DNA of 63,725 nucleotides, filler included, from Octopus bimaculoides (Eukaryota): the NCBI RefSeq assembly GCF_001194135.2. It is 10 parts of 9 records of this genome, joined end to end, with 100 filler letters (N's around TTAATTAATTAA, not from the genome) between each part and the next. Parts side by side here need not be neighbours in the genome. Positions count along the whole stretch, not along the records: positions 11,208 to 19,685 come from NC_068996.1; positions 19,786 to 24,819 come from NC_068993.1; 8 more parts are not named here. The stretch is one strand, 5' to 3'. The position numbers and the translations under genes are program-made. This document shows positions 11,545 through 23,618 of the stretch, in pieces (positions within the stretch are counted from its first letter, which is position 1; every line of letters begins with the position of its first letter). The notes below the pieces were generated by a model that was not told where the DNA came from, did not search any database, and was given only the letters and a program-made list of their open reading frames with translations.

Positions 11545-11826
11545 GGAGGCGCAATGGCTCAGTGGTTAGGGCAGCGACTTTCGGTCATAGGATCGCGGTT
11601 TCGATTGCCAGACCGGCTGTTGTGAGTGTTTATTGAGCGAAAACACCTAAAAGCTCCACGAGGCTCCGGCAGGTTGGTGGTAGCAAACTCTGCTGTACTC
11701 TTTCACCATAGCTTTCTCTCACTTTTTCTTCCTGTTTCTGTTGTGCCTGTAATTCAAAGGGGTCAGCCTTGTCACACTGTGTCACGCTGAATATAACCAA
11801 GAACTGCGTTAAGGGTACACGTGTCT
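11545..11826 (+). mobile_element. tRNA-derived SINE family D, 3' end cut off by a gap
   Basis: A box TGGCTCAGTGG and B-box-like GGTTTCGATTGCC. Its tail gggtcagccttgtcacactgtgtcacgctgaat is shared with the reverse complement of 49850-49930. Confidence 0.8.
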
Positions 11827-11865
11827 NNNNNNNNNNATGTATGTATATGTGTGTGTGTGTCTCTG

Positions 11866-11904
<39 letters not shown>

Positions 11905-12450
11905 GTGTGTGTGTGTAAGCATGTGGTTGTGGTAGTGCAACATAAGCGTTTCATAACTGGTGTTGATTGGTCTACATCTTTGCAACTGTGCAGTACGGAG
12001 AATGTATCCGACAGAATACGTAGCAGGCTTAAAAAACACAAAAACCAAAACAACACACAGGTAAGGAATGGTGTAGTTTTCTGTGACAAAATTTTCAACT
12101 AATATACTTCATGCCACATCATTGTAATACCATGACTATAGGATGATGCTGTCTGACACCGCTGTTCACAATGCGCTTCTTCGAATTTTTCAAATGATGC
12201 CTCATTGCTGGCAAGGTGGTCAGCACCATCATCCCCACCCCCATCCTGAACAGGACGCCTGTCACTCACGTGGTTACTCATGTAGAGCTGAGCATATGTA
12301 AACTGAAGTGTTTTCCTGAAGAACACAACGCACTGACATTCTGCAAAACGAAAGAATTATCTTGTGATGGTGAGTGCAACACCCCTAACCACAACACTAC
12401 GCGTTTTCACAGACGCAAACGCAAAGACATACACATGTATACAAGCACAC

Positions 12451-12488
<38 letters not shown>

Positions 12489-14261
12489 NNNNNNNNNNNN
12501 NNNNNNNNNNNNNNNNNNNNNNNNNNNNNNNNNNNNNNNNNNNNNNNNNNNNNNNNNNNNNNNNNNNNNNNNNNNNNNNNNNNNNNNNNNNNNNNNNNNN
12601 NNNNNNNNNNNNNNNNNNNNNNNNNNNNNNNNNNNNNNNNNNNNNNNNNNNNNNNNNNNNNNNNNNNNNNNNNNNNNNNNNNNNNNNNNNNNNNNNNNNN
12701 NNNNNNNNNNNNNNNNNNNNNNNNNNNNNNNNNNNNNNNNNNNNNNNNNNNNNNNNNNNNNNNNNNNNNNNNNNNNNNNNNNNNNNNNNNNNNNNNNNNN
12801 NNNNNNNNNNNNNNNNNNNNNNNNNNNNNNNNNNNNNNNNNNNNNNNNNNNNNNNNNNNNNNNNNNNNNNNNNNNNNNNNNNNNNNNNNNNNNNNNNNNN
12901 NNNNNNNNNNNNNNNNNNNNNNNNNNNNNNNNNNNNNNNNNNNNNNNNNNNNNNNNNNNNNNNNNNNNNNNNNNNNNNNNNNNNNNNNNNNNNNNNNNNN
13001 NNNNNNNNNNNNNNNNNNNNNNNNNNNNNNNNNNNNNNNNNNNNNNNNNNNNNNNNNNNNNNNNNNNNNNNNNNNNNNNNNNNNNNNNNNNNNNNNNNNN
13101 NNNNNNNNNNNNNNNNNNNNNNNNNNNNNNNNNTATACATATACATATATTTATACCTATATAAGTGTGTGTTTGTGTCTGAGTGAGTGAATGTAACTAT
13201 GAAAACGGTACATTCCAGTCTACTCAGCCTTATTGGTTATCAGGGATGTATCTTGAATATATCATATTTTTTCCCTTTTATATTCTTAATAACATTTTCT
13301 TTATATATCAATTGGTATTGCTTTATCCATAGTTATTTTCTGTTATTCTATTCCGTTATTTATCCTTCGCTTCTCTTTTTTTCTTTTTCTCCCCTTGCTC
13401 TGCGTTCATCTCACTGAATTACTGATTTTCTATATTGAGGTACTCAAGTAAAACCTGGTCTTCAAAATCTCCATCGAACATTTGGCGTTAAACAGAAGCA
13501 GCACTGAATAAGCATTCACATATCAGAACAACTTACGCTTCGTACTCTTTACTTATCGCATATGAGAAATTGATCAATCTCGCAAGATGTACGCGCCTAT
13601 ACGTCGGGATTTATCTTGATAGGAAAGCACCGTAGACATATAAAACAGATTTACATTCAGGTAGATGATAATGTGTGCATGTGTTTTTATGTATATATGT
13701 AAGTGCGCACCTGTGTGTATGCATATATATATATATANNNNNNNNNNNNNNNNNNNNNNNNNNNNNNNNNNNNNNNNNNNNNNNNNNNNNNNNNNNNNNN
13801 NNNNNNNNNNNNNNNNNNNNNNNNNNNNNNNNNNNNNNNNNNNNNNNNNNNNNNNNNNNNNNNNNNNNNNNNNNNNNNNNNNNNNNNNNNNNNNNNNNNN
13901 NNNNNNNNNNNNNNNNNNNNNNNNNNNNNNNNNNNNNNNNNNNNNNNNNNNNNNNNNNNNNNNNNNNNNNNNNNNNNNNNNNNNNNNNNNNNNNNNNNNN
14001 NNNNNNNNNNNNNNNNNNNNNNNNNNNNNNNNNNNNNNNNNNNNNNNNNNNNNNNNNNNNNNNNNNNNNNNNNNNNNNNNNNNNNNNNNNNNNNNNNNNN
14101 NNNNNNNNNNNNNNNNNNNNNNNNNNNNNNNATATTACATGCACCATGACAATGTTATTCCAGTCTTAATCAGAACTGTCCGACGAACGAGAACGTGAAA
14201 ATCTGAGTTGGTTTTTTTTGTGATGTTTTTGCTGTTTTGATAAAAAAAAAAGTTTGTGCAT

Positions 14262-14450
14262 TATATATATATACTCAATTCAAACATGAACAAGCAAGAA
14301 AAAACACGAAAAACACGACAAAACAACAACGCGAGGACGTGGAATAAATACAGAGTTATTGGACGCTTAGGAAAGGAAAGAAAAAAATGAGGTTTCGAGC
14401 GGAGCTCTTCATCAGAAATATAGAAAAAGTCCAAAGAAGGGAAGACAGAG
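14262..14450 (-). mobile_element. PLE-type 3' tail remnant with a hammerhead motif
   Basis: Reverse complement tttCTGATGA-A-GAGC-tcc-GCTC-GAAAC-ctc, followed by a T-rich tail that ends in (TA)n. This is the same layout as the 3399 and 18690 tails. Confidence 0.65.
14386..14418 (-). ncRNA. Minimal type I hammerhead motif with canonical CUGAUGA core
   Basis: Perfect 4-bp stem II and GAAAC. The cleavage triplet is CUC rather than GUC. Confidence 0.65.
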
Positions 14451-15090
14451 AAAGAAAATCGCCAACGATGCACACGCGGTTACATATTGAAATGAAAACA
14501 AGCAGACAAAGAAAATTATTTGGCACATCTTTAATAATAAGTTACAAATGTTTCCGTACCATCTCCATTTGCATCACCTGTTTACATGAAAATTCTAAAA
14601 GAAAAATTGCATAATATTTGCAGTTTTAGGCAATGGAGAGGCACTTCCTCAGGCTTGCGTCAAAGGTGTTCTATTACATTGTGCATCTATCAGAGCTTGT
14701 TGTTAGGAAAGTACTGAGAGAAATTGAGAAAAAAAAAAAACACGCTCACAGTCTCACACACATATAGATTCATAAACATATACATACATATATTCATAGA
14801 TATACAGGTATGCATATACATACATATATATATACATACATATAAAGGAAAATACAAATATACACTCCTACATACGTACACACACCCATCCAGATGCACA
14901 CATGTACATATATACACCTTCGCACTTTTACATATATCTACCCATACACACACATGTATCCATGTACATGCACATTTACAAACATACACGTATACATACA
15001 TGCACACACACGCACACACACTTACATACACACATATATGCACATATACATGCATCCACACATAGATATACATACATGCTGACACATACA

Positions 15091-15912
15091 CAGTACTGTG
15101 CAAAAGTCTTCAGCCACTTTAAACTATTGTAAATTTCTACTAATTTCCCACTAAGTGGATGTTTCGCATTGCATATTTTTACAGATGGAACATTGGCTCT
15201 ATTGGAGTCATTTCCATATCTAATTATCATATTTTGTTGTCGGGTTTCTGGATGAGAAGGAAAGATGCGAGACGACCACCAAAAATGGCCATGTAAAGAT
15301 TTTCGGCCACCCCACATAAATCAATCATTAGACAGTGCTTTAAAACAGAAAAAAATGTCTATAATGAAAATTTATTACATATTGTTCATTTCAAGAAGTT
15401 ACTGTACCTTGTTAATATTTCGTGTGGCTTCACTTAACTTGAATTATTGCTTCAATGCTCCTGGGAGGAGATGCGTACAAATCCTTCATTATCATTACAG
15501 GTATGAGATGCCATTCTCTGTGGCTTAGCTGCCATAACTTTTCAAAATTGCGTGGATTCTTCTGAAGAGCTCTTCTCTTTAGTTATCTCCACGTATGCTC
15601 GATGATATTTAAGTCAGGCCTCCGAGCTGGCCAATCTTTCAATACAGTAACATTTTCATCGGCCAGAGTCTGTTGTGCTGCACACGATCTGTGACATGGA
15701 GCTCTGTCATGTTGAAAAATCTCACCTTCATCCAAGTCTCGTATCGAATTGTCCTCCAGTAACTGGATGTATTTGGCACTATTCAAGTTACCGTCAATTT
15801 TAACCAACATTCTTGAACCATCACTTTTTATGTATCTCCAAAACATCGAACTCTTACCCACAAACTTCACTGTTTTGTCGTGTAACATAGGTCGTTTTGC
15901 TTTCTGATATGC
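15091..15912 (-). mobile_element. Tc1-like transposon remnant (C-terminal transposase plus right TIR)
   Basis: TIR cagtactgtgcaaaag at 15091. Protein reads [34 protein letters not shown]...[11 protein letters not shown]...[34 protein letters not shown]...SHTKY* (15412-15910), with internal stops. Confidence 0.9.
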
Positions 15913-15990
<78 letters not shown>

Positions 15991-16146
15991 GCATATATGT
16001 GTGTGTGTGTGTATGTATGTATATATATATACATACATACATACATATTCTCCTGCGTGTATTCTTCTAACTACTTTTGCTATTTATTCTTCTATTTTAT
16101 TCCTTGTAAACTGCAGATGTTCCTCGTCTAAAATATTCAGACCTTA

Positions 16147-16220
16147 TCTCTGATGAGGGAATACCAAGTGCACGGATATGTTAAACAAACTCTTGTGGTA
16201 TCCCAGAAACAGCTGTAAGA
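16147..16220 (+). ncRNA. Type I hammerhead ribozyme motif with canonical core
   Basis: tct-CTGATGA-gggaatacca...tggtatccca-GAAA-cagctg-TA-aga. Stem II is about 9 bp, stem III is palindromic (ACAGCTGT), stem I is UCU/AGA, and cleavage is predicted after GUA (16217). Confidence 0.75.
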
Positions 16221-16679
16221 CTTCACCTTACCCTGATCAAATTATTCTAAATTACTTGAGCTACTCGTTCTGCTTTGGTTTTGATTTTTCATCTAATATA
16301 ATATATACATGCTATAATGGAGCCCTTACACGGACACCTTGATCTAGCCTTTGCTGCGATCCTGGAACCAAATGGTCGACTAACTATAGCACTTACACAG
16401 CCTACCTACCCGTGTAAATCATAAGTGAGCTAAACTACTCATTCTTGATATATATATATATANNNNNNNNNNNNNNNNNNNNNNNNNNNNNNNNNNNNNN
16501 NNNNNNNNNNNNNNNNNNNNNNNNNNNNNNNNNNNNNNNNNNNNNNNNNNNNNNNNNNNNNNNNNNNNNNNNNNNNNNNNNNNNNNNNNNNNNNNNNNNN
16601 NNNNNNNNNGTGTTACGGACTCTCCCATCGTTAGAAAACGTATGAGGGTTCGACAATTTCTTACCGAACAACTACACAA

Positions 16680-16917
16680 ATGATTTGTTTATAGTGATCA
16701 AATATTTGTGTAGACATAAGCTCACTTCCTCCATCAGATCGACGTTACCCGCACTGGTGCAATAGGTGGCACATGTGAGATGTCGAAATGATCGCAGAGC
16801 AACGTGAAAGGAAGTACTTTCGTCGAAACGACAACGCAACGCCCGGTCTGGGAATCGAACCAACGATCGTACAATGATGAGTGAATCACTTTAATTCCTA
16901 AACCATGCACCTTTACA
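16680..16917 (-). mobile_element. tRNA-derived SINE family C (Meta-like body), decayed
   Basis: Reverse-complement head aaggtgcatggtttagg...ggttcgattcccagaccgg. Homologous to 38385-38665. Confidence 0.7.
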
Positions 16918-16938
16918 TGTATATCAATATATAAAGAA

Positions 16939-18411
16939 GAAGCATAAAGTTCACAGTTCAACTTTCCGATCGTGTAGATGTTAATCTATGCGTCCTTAGG
17001 TACAATCCTGTGTAAAGCCATGTAGGCTAACGTCTGAATAGTGTAAATATCCAGAAATAAGTGCGAACGTATCGACGACTTTCCGTAAAAGAATGGTAGC
17101 GGAGTTGGTTATGAAGGGGTTATGAGAAAGAGAAATAAATAAATAAATAGAAAGAAAGGTAGAGGGAGTGAAGGAGGAAAGCAAAGATAAGGTATTAAGG
17201 ATAAATTACGGTATATATAGTGTAGAAAAATTACCAAGAATATAAAAAAATATATATAAGGGTAAATAAGAAGAGAATAGGAGGAGGTATTTGCCCTTGT
17301 ATATTTATGCATATATCTTGATAATACGCTAGAGTTGTATGTTTATACCCGAAATATTTCAGAAAGAGCATATTTTATCTTTTTTTATTGCTTACATATT
17401 TTCATATTTATCTTCGGCAGTGCAGTACAAGCGTTTGTGAGATTTGGGATTCTATTTATTAATGAAAACGATTAAACACAATTTTTGTTTGTTATTTCTT
17501 GATGAAAAAAAAAAACTCATCGCTTCCGTGACGTGAGCACNNNNNNNNNNNNNNNNNNNNNNNNNNNNNNNNNNNNNNNNNNNNNNNNNNNNNNNNNNNN
17601 NNNNNNNNNNNNNNNNNNNNNNNNNNNNNNNNNNNNNNNNNNNNNNNNNNNNNNNNNNNNNNNNNNNNNNNNNNNNNNNNNNNNNNNNNNNNNNNNNNNN
17701 NNNNNNNNNNNNNNNNNNNNNNNNNNNNNNNNNNNNNNNNNNNNNNNNNNNNNNNNNNNNNNNNNNNNNNNNNNNNNNNNNNNNNNNNNNNNNNNNNNNN
17801 NNNNNNNNNGAAGCATAAAGTTCACAGTTCAACTTTCCGATCGTGTAGATGTTAATCTATGAGTCCTTAGGTACAATCCTGTGTAAAGCCATGTAGGCTA
17901 ACGTCTGAATAGTGTAAATATCCAGAAATAAGTGCGAACGTATCGACGACTTTCCGTAAAAGAATGGTAGCGGAGTTGGTTATGAAGGGGTTATGAGAAA
18001 GAGAAATAAATAAATAAATAGAAAGAAAGGTAGAGGGAGTGAAGGAGGAAAGCAAAGATAAGGTATTAAGGATAAATTACGGTATATATAGTGTAGAAAA
18101 ATTACCAAGAATATAAAAAAATATATATAAGGGTAAATAAGAAGAGAATAGGAGGAGGTATTTGCCCTTGTATATTTATGCATATATCTTGATAATACGC
18201 TAGAGTTGTATGTTTATACCCGAAATATTTCAGAAAGAGCATATTTTATCTTTTTTTATTGCTTACATATTTTCATATTTATCTTCGGCAGTGCAGTACA
18301 AGCGTTTGTGAGATTTGGGATTCTATTTATTAATGAAAACGATTAAACACAATTTTTGTTTGTTATTTCTTGATGAAAAAAAAAAACTCATCGCTTCCGT
18401 GACGTGAGCAC
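16939..18411. repeat. 602-bp direct duplication flanking a gap (16939-17540 / 17810-18411), probable assembly artefact
   Basis: The copies are essentially identical (one c/a difference seen), and each ends exactly at a gap edge. Confidence 0.85.
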
Positions 18412-18689
18412 ACATACGCACATACAGAATACATGCACATATAATGAATGTGATGCTATGTCAATCAACACAAACGCACGTTCGCTATCTGTGACATATA
18501 CACACACACATTCTTTGCGCTCTCTAAGTTAAGAGAACGTCGATTTTTTGACGTATACAATATTCTTATCATTAGAAATATTTTAAACTGAATATGACTT
18601 CAAATATGTAAGTTTTTTGGACAGTCAGTATATATATATGCATAAATATATTTGTATATATACATATATGTATATATTATCTCAGTTTT

Positions 18690-18827
18690 TTCTATCAATC
18701 CTTTTTGTCGAAGACCGTAGGCTCGATACGCCAAAGACTTTTCCATTCTTCCCAAGCATTAAACTAATACACCAGCTTCCTGTTCCTACACTTGTCTTCA
18801 TGTTTTGTTTTCTGCAAATTTGAACTA
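18690..18827 (+). mobile_element. PLE pLTR-like tail (same family as 3399-3530) with a decayed hammerhead-like motif
   Basis: tttgtcgaagaccgtaggctcgatacgccaaagacttttccattcttccc...aaatttgaacta aligns with the reverse complement of 3399-3530. Confidence 0.75.
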
Positions 18828-19863
18828 CACACACACACATATGAATGTTGGTATTGTATTATATAGATTCATAGGATAGTGTGACTATCGCGCGAAGCTC
18901 CTCTACCAGACTCGGCTAATAGATCACAAAGCAATACAGAGCAGAGTTCCATGTAGCTGAAATCTAGGAGATCCGATCCATGATATTTTTTTTTTCAATT
19001 TGGAACTTATATACTATAAATTGTGAGGAGATATAAGTTTTGAATATACGTTTACTTAGTCACGTAATCCATGGGAATACGGCCGTTTTGAAAGCCTTGT
19101 TCATGCAATAAATTTTTCATTATATTATAAAATATGTTTACGTGTCTGCACTAGTATATATGCTACGAATTATACAATACAATTCTATAAAGTAAGTGCC
19201 GAATCATTGATATATGTATGATGTTTCAGTGATCTGATGATCTAGCATTCTTTATCCGCATTATTTTGTGACTTTACAGTTGTATTGTACAATTTATCAT
19301 TTAATATACATTAAATTCAGAAGATATTTATCTCTTATTGCATGGAGTAGTTTTGGGCTGATCTCATCTTAACAGGACAGTAATCTCTCTCAGGACAGTA
19401 AACTCTCTCTCTCTCTCTCTCTCTCATGTACACACACACACATACACACATACACACACCGATATATATATATAATTAATTTATAATTAAAAGTATTATT
19501 ACAATACAATAGTAATATTTTCCGGCGATAAGCTTTACAATAGCGTCATACAGCAATCGACTACTATTTCCACTAAACACTGTCTCCTATATCTATATAT
19601 ATATATGAATGCATGTATGTATGTATGTATGTATGTATGTATGTACGTATATATGTATGTATATACACACACACACACATATATANNNNNNNNNNNNNNN
19701 NNNNNNNNNNNNNNNNNNNNNNNNNNNNNTTAATTAATTAANNNNNNNNNNNNNNNNNNNNNNNNNNNNNNNNNNNNNNNNNNNNATTAGATAAATGTGT
19801 TGTTGACTTTGCATAGTAACCGTCTACATAATATATTTGAGAGAGAGAGAAAGAGAGAGAGGA

Positions 19864-19900
<37 letters not shown>

Positions 19901-20512
19901 AGAAAGATTTACCATGGATGCCTACTCAGGAAGAGACTATTCTAGAGTACGTTCTGCCTTATTTTCGAAACGTCTAGTTAGAATAGAGGCAGCTGACGAA
20001 GGATTAATTCCAAGTGGCTATCTGTTTTCCTATGTGTTCGTTCCGTGGTCTGTAGTTCATTTTTCTAACGTCCTGTACCCTGATATGCATCTATATACAC
20101 ATGAAGATATAAGTATGTACATATATGTGTGTATACATGCACATATATTCTTTGTATTATTATATATATATATCTATGTATATATATATATATACGCGTG
20201 TAGGTGTATATATACGTATGTACGTTTATATTGTGTAACCTATAGTGTATTGTGCCACTGTGCAGTGCGAACGAACTCTTTCATCACGTGGTGTTGCCAT
20301 GCGAAGGAAGCTTCTTCACCACGTAGCTATGCCTATGTCTGCGATCTAAAGTCTGTAAATATATTTCATCTTCCTTATTTCTATATGCAATTAGTTTGCA
20401 TTATTATATCTAATGTAAGCCACAAATTGTCTCAATGGATTTCCATTTGAAATCGCAGATATTTAATAACATACGAGTGATAATAATAAAAAAAACTATT
20501 TTGGGCTAACAA

Positions 20513-20571
<59 letters not shown>

Positions 20572-20685
20572 TGTATTCGATATCTGTCTATCTATTTATC
20601 TATCTATCTATCTGAATGCATATATGTATACGTGTGTGTCTGCATGTATGTGTATATACATACCTATATATATACATACATATAT

Positions 20686-20723
<38 letters not shown>

Positions 20724-20749
20724 GTGTGTGTGTATATATATATATATAT

Positions 20750-20815
<66 letters not shown>

Positions 20816-20898
20816 GGATGGATAGATGGACAGACAGACAGACATACAGATAGATAGATGGATACATAGACAGACAGATATATAGATGGATAGACAGA

Positions 20899-20945
<47 letters not shown>

Positions 20946-20960
20946 TAGATAGACGGATAA

Positions 20961-20999
<39 letters not shown>

Positions 21000-21000
21000 T
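20750..21000. repeat. (GATA)n/(GACA)n/(GATG)n compound microsatellite
   Basis: Directly visible. Confidence 0.95.
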
Positions 21001-22034
21001 GAGGAAATTAAGAGAAATATGTAAAACTAAATTTAGTAGATGGCGTTCATTTGTAGTTTTATAATACTTTTCTAACTAAATATCTCTTCATCTCTCTTTG
21101 TCCATGCAAAGCCCCCATCTATAAATGTCTGTATTCCATGACTATGCTTTAAGAGTTCGCATTAATTTTCCTGTTTGTTTTTATGACTGGAGCTATTAAT
21201 TCTCTTCTCTTCCAGTTGATTACATTTCCAACTCTACAGTTCATCATTTGGTACATCTAGTGTGTTAATACTCTCTATTTTGTTGTTGGCGTTTAATTAT
21301 ATCCCGAACACTAATCTTAACGCATCTAAAATAATTCATTTCTTTCTTAAATTCACTTTTCCTTCTTGAACTGCCTTCCTTGCGTCCCTCCACCAACTAC
21401 ATGTAAAACTTGTACCGTGTCTTATTCGTTCGTTTAACTATTTTCTAAATCTAAGTTATGTTGTCGGTAAATATTGTACCAAAGTCTTATACGGTCTGAT
21501 TCCTTTATTTTTCTGATACAACTAATATCGGCATCAGTATTGACACTAGACAAAATCATTACTAATACCATTATCAACAGACATACTTAGAACATCAACG
21601 CCGGTAGCCATTTTCTTCTCACCACTTCTACCACCGCTTACAGCTCTAACGCACCGCCGTAGCCACTTCTATAAAATACGGTCTCAGATAAAATATCAAA
21701 GGTGAGGTGCTTCTGATCATTAATCTTACATGAAAACATTATTGTCTAGCAAGATCGAAAGCTTGGTTGATCAATAGACAGATAGACAGTGGGTAGAAAT
21801 AATGCTTAACAACTAAACTTACTATAAGAACGGCCGAGAGCCAAAGTGAAACGCTCTAATATCGACTTCAATAAAAATGGTCCGAATTTTTAAACATGTT
21901 TTCACAGTCCTTTGATTATGGATAAGTTAATATACTAAATAATATTACACGTGCATACATACATGCATATACATACATACACACACACATACATACATAG
22001 ATACATACATAGATACATACATATACTAAAATAC

Positions 22035-22084
<50 letters not shown>

Positions 22085-22314
22085 CACATATACATATTTA
22101 AGTGCACTCATTCATGCACACATTCAGGAGAATTAATACACACATTTGTATAGACACACACACGCACATACACAAACACACAAGAACGTTTATGTGTCAA
22201 TCTATATGTCTATATATATATATGTAGATATGTATGTACGTCTTAGTGTAATGTGCATACATGCGTATGTATATATGCATAAATCTCTCTCTTCCTCTCT
22301 TTCTCTGCACATGT

Positions 22315-22351
<37 letters not shown>

Positions 22352-22649
22352 CATGTACACATACATCTATGTATGTATGCATATGCACACACGCAGGTAC
22401 TCGTATTAATTACATTCTAAATATGTCGCCATTACACTGACGCATACACACACATACACATACACATACACATCCTGACACATGCTCCCATACATGCACA
22501 AACATAGACTGCCAACTGCCAGAATCGTTGGAGCGACGAATAGATTACTTCTTGATAATCACTCAGGGCCTCGGGGTCGGATAGAATGCCTTGCGATATT
22601 TGTTCCGACTACTGATGCACCGAGTTCAAAACCTACTTTTGGCTTCTCA

Positions 22650-22771
22650 TTCCTAAGGTATTCTTTTTTTGCAGATATTATTATCATTATTATTATTCAA
22701 GGCACTGGCTGGAATTGAACTCGGAATCTTGGGGTTAGTAGCCCGCGCTCTTAACCACTGCGCTATACACC
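22650..22771 (-). mobile_element. Short tRNA-like SINE head followed by (AAT)n
   Basis: Reverse complement gggtgtatagcgcagtggttaagagcgcgggctactaaccccaagattccgagttcaattccagcc shows an A box, a B box and an anticodon-arm-like gggCTACTAAccc. Confidence 0.7.
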
Positions 22772-23444
22772 CATACAGAATACCTCATCTCTAAAATATA
22801 GAATAGTACTACCACGGTCAATTTTACTTTTCGTTCTTTCAAGGTCGATAAATAAATCATTAATCCATTACTGCAGTTGATTCTTCTCTTTCTCCCTCAG
22901 TCTGGAATAAAGCGGTTGTGCTCAGACCCGGAGAGATACAGGGTCTGCCAGGGTTATAGAGTATAGGGTTTAATGAAACTGATTTTTTTTTACCACTGGT
23001 AGAACATCTGTCATGTATACAGGAACCATGGGTTCGTGTCCTTCGACTCTTTCTATTCAAAGGATTTTTAAAATTCAATATTCATGCACCATTATTCATA
23101 GCTTTATCTCTTTCGAGTTCAATTGTTAAAAGCGAATTATTTCATACATAATGAGAGAGGGAAAAAGAGCGGTGAGAGAGAAATGACGTGTGGGAAAGAA
23201 ATCAAGGTGATGGTAGTAGTGATCGATCTTCTGATCGAACCAATAAAACCAGACCGAACAAATTATTTCCACTAATTTTGAAAATTGTAAACACAATGTT
23301 TCGGTTACAAATGGGAGAAGCGTCAAAGCCTTTTGGTGACGTGGCGAAGTCTGAACTTAGAAAATATGGGGCAAAAGCAGATATCACTCCGATTCAATTC
23401 TTGTTTAGTAGAAGTTTGTAACCGTTATTATAAAATGGCCAGCA

Positions 23445-23618
23445 ATTTCGAACGAGAGAGTTGGTAATTACACCGACGCCAGTAATTAACTGGTACTTAT
23501 GTTATCAATCCCGAAAGGATAAGAAACAATGTCAACCTCGATGAAATGTTTAACATTGAACGAAATACCGCTAAGCATTTTGTCCGGCGTGCTAACGATT
23601 CTGCCATGTTGCCGCCTT
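23445..23618 (-). mobile_element. tRNA-derived SINE family B (Deu/Nin-like central domain), decayed
   Basis: Contains cccgaaagga...gtcaacctcg...gaaataccgctaagcattttgtccggcgtgctaacgattctgcc. Confidence 0.8.

Noticed and set aside
11545-11620. tRNA genes at SINE heads (11545, 35908, 37576, 53062)
   Set aside because: A and B boxes are present, but no full cloverleaf forms and each continues into a SINE body.
11935-12066. Strong donor CAG|GTAAGG after an open frame (SDRIRSRLKKHKNQNNTQ)
   Set aside because: No convincing acceptor or homology. A single splice-like motif is expected by chance in 60 kb.
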